IMG/VR virus record: IMGVR_UViG_2866816733_000004 | Location: 32,001-96,000 of that record | Source: a virus | Lineage: Duplodnaviria; Caudoviricetes | Direction: 5' to 3' (one strand) | DNA: 64,000 nt | Made by a program: the position numbers and the translations under genes | In this document: piece by piece, positions 63,284-64,000 of the stretch | Position numbering within the stretch: the first letter of the stretch is position 1 | Layout of the letters: each line of letters begins with the position of its first letter | The notes under the pieces: model-generated | The model's input: only the letters and a program-made list of their open reading frames with translations | Told to the model about the DNA's origin: nothing | Database searches by the model: none

Positions 63284-64000
63284 AGTGGGTCCTTTCCGCA
63301 GGTCAGGCGGCGATTCCGGTGATCGTAGTCTGCCGTACGGGTCGGACAGTGCCGGGACGGGACTGCGGCGGGGCGCTGTCGAGGCCGGTGCCGGCGCGCG
63401 GCATAGCGGGCCGCAGGGGGATTGCCCGGCTGATGGCGTTAGTTGTGTAACTGTCTGTGTGCTCTGGGGTGGCTGCTCGCCTACCGGCGCCCGGCAGCTA
63501 CGGCCCATACGTCTCCGTGGAAAGATTCTTACGGGTATTCATCTCCCAGTGTGGTGGGCAAACGGCTGGCAAATTGCCGTATCTTGCGGGCATATGTCGC
63601 GATACCCGAAAGTACTTTCGGATTCAACTCCGATGACTTGAGGGGCTAATCTGTCGTTCACGGGGCGCACACGGGCCGTTGGCGTCAAGATTGCCATGGG
63701 AACTTCAGCGTTACTGTTGGCCAGTTCATTACCTGAGCGGCCCACGGTCTTGATCGGAAAGGATCGGCCACACCTAGATCCGACGTGCCACCTGACGCCC
63801 CCCGGCTGTCGGTGACCTTGCGGCCCGGCTCGGGCCGGCTGGAAGGCGAAGGATCTTAGGGGAACTGCTCGAGCACCCCCCTAGTGCTCTCATGGAACGA
63901 GGGTCGCCCCCCGCTGCGAAGCTGCCAGCCACCGGCTGGGGGCGACCCTCCCAAACACGACCCCGGGAGGGGCCTGATGTGCATGGAAGACTACGCGAGA

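Noticed and set aside
63896-64000. Hairpin GAGGGTCGCCCCC...GGGGGCGACCCTC and an ORF start at 63977
   Set aside because: Probably the leader of a gene truncated by the window edge; too little sequence to call.

Overview
High-GC actinomycete mobile element; no obvious host housekeeping genes in the window. 53-4753: sugar epimerase, glycosyltransferases, an RNase AS-like exonuclease and small genes. 4760-31079: a complete siphovirus packaging, head, tail and lysis module: HNH, a candidate ligated cos, TerS/TerL, a portal interrupted by a class-3-type intein, capsid, a GT4 inside the head operon, frameshifted tail chaperones, tape measure with CHAP domain, endolysin and holins. 31326-41686: accessory region with regulators, a Ro60/Rsr (TROVE) gene preceded by two Y RNA genes and a permuted Ro-binding helix in its own leader, a Cre-like recombinase with a lox/dif-like site, and a HEPN-like gene. 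41963-57604: a pSAM2/AICE-like conjugation module (FtsK-like TraB, Spd-like membrane proteins, tandem Xis-like genes, KorSA-like GntR, NUDIX genes); one membrane-HTH gene carries a dense GGTTC/GAACC DNA array inside its coding sequence. 57968-63283: palindromic repeats, a primase-type zinc-finger/HTH gene, BRO and repressor genes, three toxin-antitoxin-like pairs each preceded by a related repeat, and an Lsr2-like domain. Overall reading (inference): a temperate phage or phage-plasmid that also carries conjugative transfer machinery. All assignments come from motif recognition by eye; no searches were run.
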